Assembly (NCBI GenBank): GCA_041662565.1
Contig: JBAZSE010000003.1
Location: forward strand, 108,636 to 172,635
Direction of reading: 5' to 3'
DNA: 64,000 bases
From: Patescibacteria group bacterium
GTDB lineage: Bacteria > Patescibacteriota > Patescibacteriia > UBA1558 > UBA10009
Positions 63,962-64,000 of this stretch are shown here, in pieces. A model generated the notes under the pieces. The model did not search any database, was not told the DNA's origin, and saw nothing but the letters and a program-made list of their open reading frames with translations. The translations under genes and the position numbers were made by a program. Each line of letters begins with the position of its first letter. Positions within the stretch are counted from its first letter, which is position 1.

Positions 63962-64000
63962 TAAAACTTCACGCCACTGATTAGCCAGGGTTACATAAAG

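Noticed and set aside
1-64000. CRISPR arrays, rRNA genes, IS elements or transposases, prophage structural genes
   Set aside because: No regularly spaced direct repeats were seen. No 16S/23S/5S signatures. No DDE, HUH or recombinase motifs in any ORF. Tandem repeats found are protein-coding (TSP3, KGW) or short intergenic heptamers.
1-64000. Alternative genetic code (UGA recoding as in SR1/Gracilibacteria)
   Set aside because: Long conserved genes (dnaK, dnaX, recJ, the 7.8-kb giant ORF) are uninterrupted under the standard code. The one in-frame stop noticed is TAA, not TGA.

Overview
The window is a gene-dense, AT-rich segment that is almost entirely minus-strand coded and looks like a reduced, CPR/Patescibacteria-type genome. 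The evidence for that placement is many short housekeeping proteins, no visible Shine-Dalgarno sequences, TATAAT boxes sitting next to start codons, and giant ORFs. The standard genetic code fits because the long ORFs are intact. Recognisable content is as follows. A partial polyprenyl-phosphate sugar transferase. A type-A RNase P RNA lying in an ORF-free gap. A GT4 glycosyltransferase. A cell-shape cluster of mreB-mreC-mreD-PBP2, then greA and a second mreB-like gene. proS, rseP, frr, holB, rnhA, recJ and dnaX. A PfkB kinase and a surface protein with thrombospondin-3 Ca-binding repeats. An SF2 helicase carrying four novel C-terminal KGW repeats. An ALDH plus TPP-enzyme pair and an NRAMP transporter. 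A low-GC restriction-modification islet (beta-class DNA MTase, PD-(D/E)xK nuclease, Zn-finger ORF) abutting tRNA-Gln(CTG). A Kef-type antiporter. A CIRCE/HrcA-controlled heat-shock operon of hrcA-grpE-hsp20-Zn-ribbon ORF-dnaK-dnaJ. A MacAB/YknXYZ-like efflux operon with duplicated permeases. The most unusual region is 34.1-50.8 kb. It holds a membrane-anchored VirD4/TraG-like P-loop ATPase, a membrane-anchored SAM methyltransferase, a small secreted protein interrupted by an in-frame stop, and a weak pilin-like ORF. It also holds a 2591-aa giant membrane protein with a clear C-terminal NlpC/P60 peptidoglycan-endopeptidase domain, co-transcribed with a 917-aa acidic repeat protein. This looks like a candidate cell-surface or T4SS-like cell-wall-remodelling system. 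Other observations are a two-copy palindromic repeat family placed immediately upstream of gene starts, a large structured element upstream of proS, several intrinsic terminators, and leaderless-type promoters. No CRISPR arrays, rRNA genes, transposases or integrases were seen.
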